Positions 15,409 through 17,247 of a stretch of DNA of 17,247 nt are shown one piece after another (within the stretch, counting starts at the first letter, position 1; every line of letters begins with the position of its first letter). The notes below the pieces were generated by a model, which saw only the letters and a list, made by a program, of their open reading frames with translations, searched no databases and had not been told where the DNA came from. Made by a program: the position numbers and the translations under genes. Source of the DNA: Candidatus Nanohaloarchaea archaeon (GTDB taxonomy: Archaea > Nanohalarchaeota > Nanosalinia > Nanosalinales > Nanosalinaceae); contig JAWOFP010000038.1 in assembly GCA_046497485.1 (NCBI GenBank), positions 1-17,247 of the forward strand. The letters run 5' to 3'.

Positions 15409-16460
15409 AAGGGTCTCTGGAAGGAGTACTTCCTATGACAGGCCTACTAATTCTGGCAGCGATTCTCTCAATGCAGTCGCTCCCTATTGGGGAAGCACTG
15501 GCCTCAGTTACTGAGGAATCAGGAGAAGATATAGCAGCTTTGACAGAAGGCCAAACAGTATCTGAGAATTTTATGAATAATTATATGCCTGCAGCAATGA
15601 AGTACTCCGCGAACAATGCCGCATATGAACTAGAAGATGGTGGAATTAACTGGAAGAGTGAAGCCTCTACTGTGAGCGAACCTTATCGAATTGTAGGCTC
15701 TGTAGTAGATGCTTGGGAGTCAGAGACTACTCCTAGGATTGACTCGCGTTTATCCAACCATCACTGTTCAATTGAGCATGACTTGATTATGAGAGTTTAC
15801 CCTGGCGAATCCGGGAATAGCTTATTCACAACAGATAGTATTGAGGAAGTTGAAGTTGAGGCCTTCACTTTTAATCCCGTAAAAATTTCATGTAACTCTG
15901 AGACCGAGTACATCAATCAGACCTATAGTACCGAAGTTACGGCGACTAATCGATACATAGAGCTTGTGAAACCCGCTTCCGAATTTTTCTATAGGGTTGA
16001 AAATGAAAATGTTAAAGAAGATGTAAAGGACAAATACGAGGGTTCGGAAACTGAATGCGGATCCTATGATTATGATGGTGCTGAGGAAGAAGCAAAAGAG
16101 AAATATGAAGACGACACATATGACTTCTCAAGTATAGAAGATGACCTAAACATTGCAGAAGGAATTAACGCCGACATGAGTTCTTCAGACGAATACGTTG
16201 GATCTAGTGAGACCTCTGAAGGAGGACAATGCAACGAATACTGTGACGGCGAATGGGTTGATATTCGTCCAGAGTTGGGTGGCGGAGAGTACTGTGATGG
16301 CACAATTGTAACAGAATACGATAAGACGGTAGATTATACTCTAACACCAACGCATACCTCAATTGATTTTGAGGCCTCAGATCCTGAAACAGAAGTAATT
16401 GCTGACGGAGGTTATAGAAATCTTAATTTGGAAATAACAGATTATCAGATAGATTACTAG
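15393..16460 (+). CDS. Large minor pilin with class III signal (355 aa; alternative start 15405)
   Basis: (MAGR)MKG|SLEGVLPMTGLLILAAILSM; GAGGT SD before 15393 and an ATGA overlap at 15405; very acidic ectodomain with 6 Cys. Confidence 0.8.
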   Translation: MAGRMKGSLEGVLPMTGLLILAAILSMQSLPIGEALASVTEESGEDIAALTEGQTVSENFMNNYMPAAMKYSANNAAYELEDGGINWKSEASTVSEPYRIVGSVVDAWESETTPRIDSRLSNHHCSIEHDLIMRVYPGESGNSLFTTDSIEEVEVEAFTFNPVKISCNSETEYINQTYSTEVTATNRYIELVKPASEFFYRVENENVKEDVKDKYEGSETECGSYDYDGAEEEAKEKYEDDTYDFSSIEDDLNIAEGINADMSSSDEYVGSSETSEGGQCNEYCDGEWVDIRPELGGGEYCDGTIVTEYDKTVDYTLTPTHTSIDFEASDPETEVIADGGYRNLNLEITDYQIDY

Positions 16461-16464
16461 AGAT

Positions 16465-16504
16465 AAGTAATTTAATACTGATTAACTAAGGCCTCTATAG
16501 GTGA
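16465..16504 (+). promoter_or_regulatory. Putative TATA (AAGTAATTTAATA) and SD (AGGTGA 16499-16504) for alba
   Basis: AT-rich box in the 51-bp gap; SD 7 nt before GTG 16512. Confidence 0.5.
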
Positions 16505-16511
16505 ACTAATA

Positions 16512-16796
16512 GTGGCCGAACAAGAAGACGACAATACAGTATACGTAGGATCCAAACCAGCAATGAGTTATGTATTAGCAGTTGTAACTCAGTTCAGTGA
16601 AGGACACGAAACAGTGCACGTCAAGGCAAGAGGAAAAGCAATCTCAAGAGCAGTAGATGTTGCAGAGATTGTAAGAGACCGTTTTGTTGAAGATGCAGAA
16701 GTAGATGACATAAGCATCGGAACAGACGAAATTGAAACAGATGAAGGAGACGAACTAAACGTTTCCAGCATCCAGATCAACCTGACAAAGCCTTAA
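16512..16796 (+). CDS. albA: DNA/RNA-binding chromatin protein Alba (94 aa)
   Basis: Alba signature [17 protein letters not shown]...[24 protein letters not shown]...ISIGT...VSSIQINL. Confidence 0.96.
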   Translation: MAEQEDDNTVYVGSKPAMSYVLAVVTQFSEGHETVHVKARGKAISRAVDVAEIVRDRFVEDAEVDDISIGTDEIETDEGDELNVSSIQINLTKP

Positions 16797-16825
16797 TTCA
16801 GGCCTAGAAACCTGGCATTCGCATA

Positions 16826-16842
16826 TTTTTCTCCTTTATTTT
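16826..16842 (+). terminator. Pyrimidine/T-rich archaeal terminator candidate after alba
   Basis: TTTTTCTCCTTTATTTT about 30 nt after the stop. Confidence 0.5.
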
Positions 16843-16844
16843 CC

Positions 16845-16857
16845 AAGACTTTTTATA
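16845..16857 (+). promoter_or_regulatory. BRE-TATA-like promoter AAGACTTTTTATA, probably leaderless transcript
   Basis: TTTATA ends about 24 nt before ATG 16881; no SD. Confidence 0.6.
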
Positions 16858-16880
16858 CAGACAAACTTATACTAGATTAT

Positions 16881-17183
16881 ATGAGTAGAAGTAAAGGTTT
16901 ATCCCAGATTCTATACCTTATAATCGCAGCATCGGTTCTAATGATCGCAGCGCTTTCAATGGTATTCATGCTAAATGAAGGCCTTTCAGGAGTCATTGAC
17001 TTTGGAGGAGAGGCAGAAGGCACAGGATGTGAGACGGCTGTAGAAGCCGCCTGCGCAGGAGGCGCATCTACAGTTTCAACCCCTAGCGCATGCCTAACTG
17101 AAAATGCTGATGGAGATGAAGAGGTAATTAGTGGCGCGCTGTCTGAAGTTGGCGAGGATGAAGTCAGCTGTAATGTAAATTAG
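16881..17183 (+). CDS. Pilin with class III signal, candidate major pilin (100 aa)
   Basis: MSRSKG|LSQILYLIIAASVLMIAALSMVFML; 4 Cys; own TATA-like promoter. Confidence 0.85.
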   Translation: MSRSKGLSQILYLIIAASVLMIAALSMVFMLNEGLSGVIDFGGEAEGTGCETAVEAACAGGASTVSTPSACLTENADGDEEVISGALSEVGEDEVSCNVN

Positions 17184-17192
17184 TGAAATAAC

Positions 17193-17247
17193 ATGGATAA
17201 GACAATAGAAGTAGTCCTAGTTGCAGTAGTAGTAATAGCAACAGCAG
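17193..17247 (+). CDS. 5' fragment of another pilin-like gene, truncated by the window end
   Basis: ATG 9 nt after the upstream stop; MDKTIEVVLVAVVVIATA... Confidence 0.6.
   Translation, partial: MDKTIEVVLVAVVVIATA

Larger units (their letters stand above)
75..16984. repeat. Dispersed, highly iterated 6-bp palindrome AGGCCT (about 48 copies)
   Basis: Hand count, with starts at 75, 427, 484, 684, 726, 1152, 1605, 2543, 2729, 3210, 3547, 3808, 4213, 4287, 5031, 5288, 5362, 5482, 5736, 6018, 6108, 7185, 7913, 8510, 8724, 9462, 9663, 9843, 9987, 10365, 10524, 10686, 10906, 10930, 11118, 11922, 13300, 13688, 14054, 14480, 15113, 15191, 15440, 15859, 16372, 16489, 16800, 16979. Confidence 0.9.

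Noticed and set aside
265..16780. Short overlapping ORFs in the track (265-567, 1123-1332, 2480-2674, 2504-2698, 3057-3296, 3518-3736, 4466-4756, 4497-4721, 5490-5687, 5787-6125, 6219-6509, 6325-6525, 8976-9188, 9729-9959, 10965-11168, 11064-11297, 12654-12953, 16070-16303, 16589-16780)
   Set aside because: Antisense or off-frame shadows of longer genes; mostly Ser/Ile/Phe-rich as expected from reverse-reading acidic codons, and without the acidic host signature.
75..16984. AGGCCT copies as a CRISPR array, REP/MITE family or cloning artefact
   Set aside because: Spacing is irregular, flanks are not conserved beyond 6 bp, and reading frames run through the sites undisturbed.

Overview
Archaeal DNA, roughly 40% GC by eye, with a strongly acidic proteome, an alba gene and short intergenic gaps. 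This fits an extremely halophilic DPANN archaeon such as a Nanohaloarchaeon (inference; no rRNA or ribosomal marker is in the window). The core is a type IV pilus (non-archaellar) locus. It has a VirB11/TadA-PilB-family assembly ATPase interrupted in its Asp box by a 497-aa LAGLIDADG intein, a 728-aa fused TadB/TadC-like platform protein, and about 13 pilin-like genes. Three of the pilin-like genes are absent from the ORF track, and several have the minimal M-K-G class III leader or no leader at all. An acidic Alba gene sits inside the pilin array. Divergent from the ATPase, across only 41 bp, are two acidic coiled-coil genes. Converging on these is a cassette of five uncharacterised membrane proteins, including a paralogous pair and an unannotated 48-aa peptide with a GGM-like tail. 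Independent of gene content, the palindrome AGGCCT occurs about 48 times by hand count, against about 2-3 expected. It is found in all reading frames and in intergenic DNA, resembling a highly iterated palindrome (HIP), and it is sparse in the intein and in the large adhesin gene. No RNA genes, CRISPR arrays, transposases or prepilin peptidase were seen.
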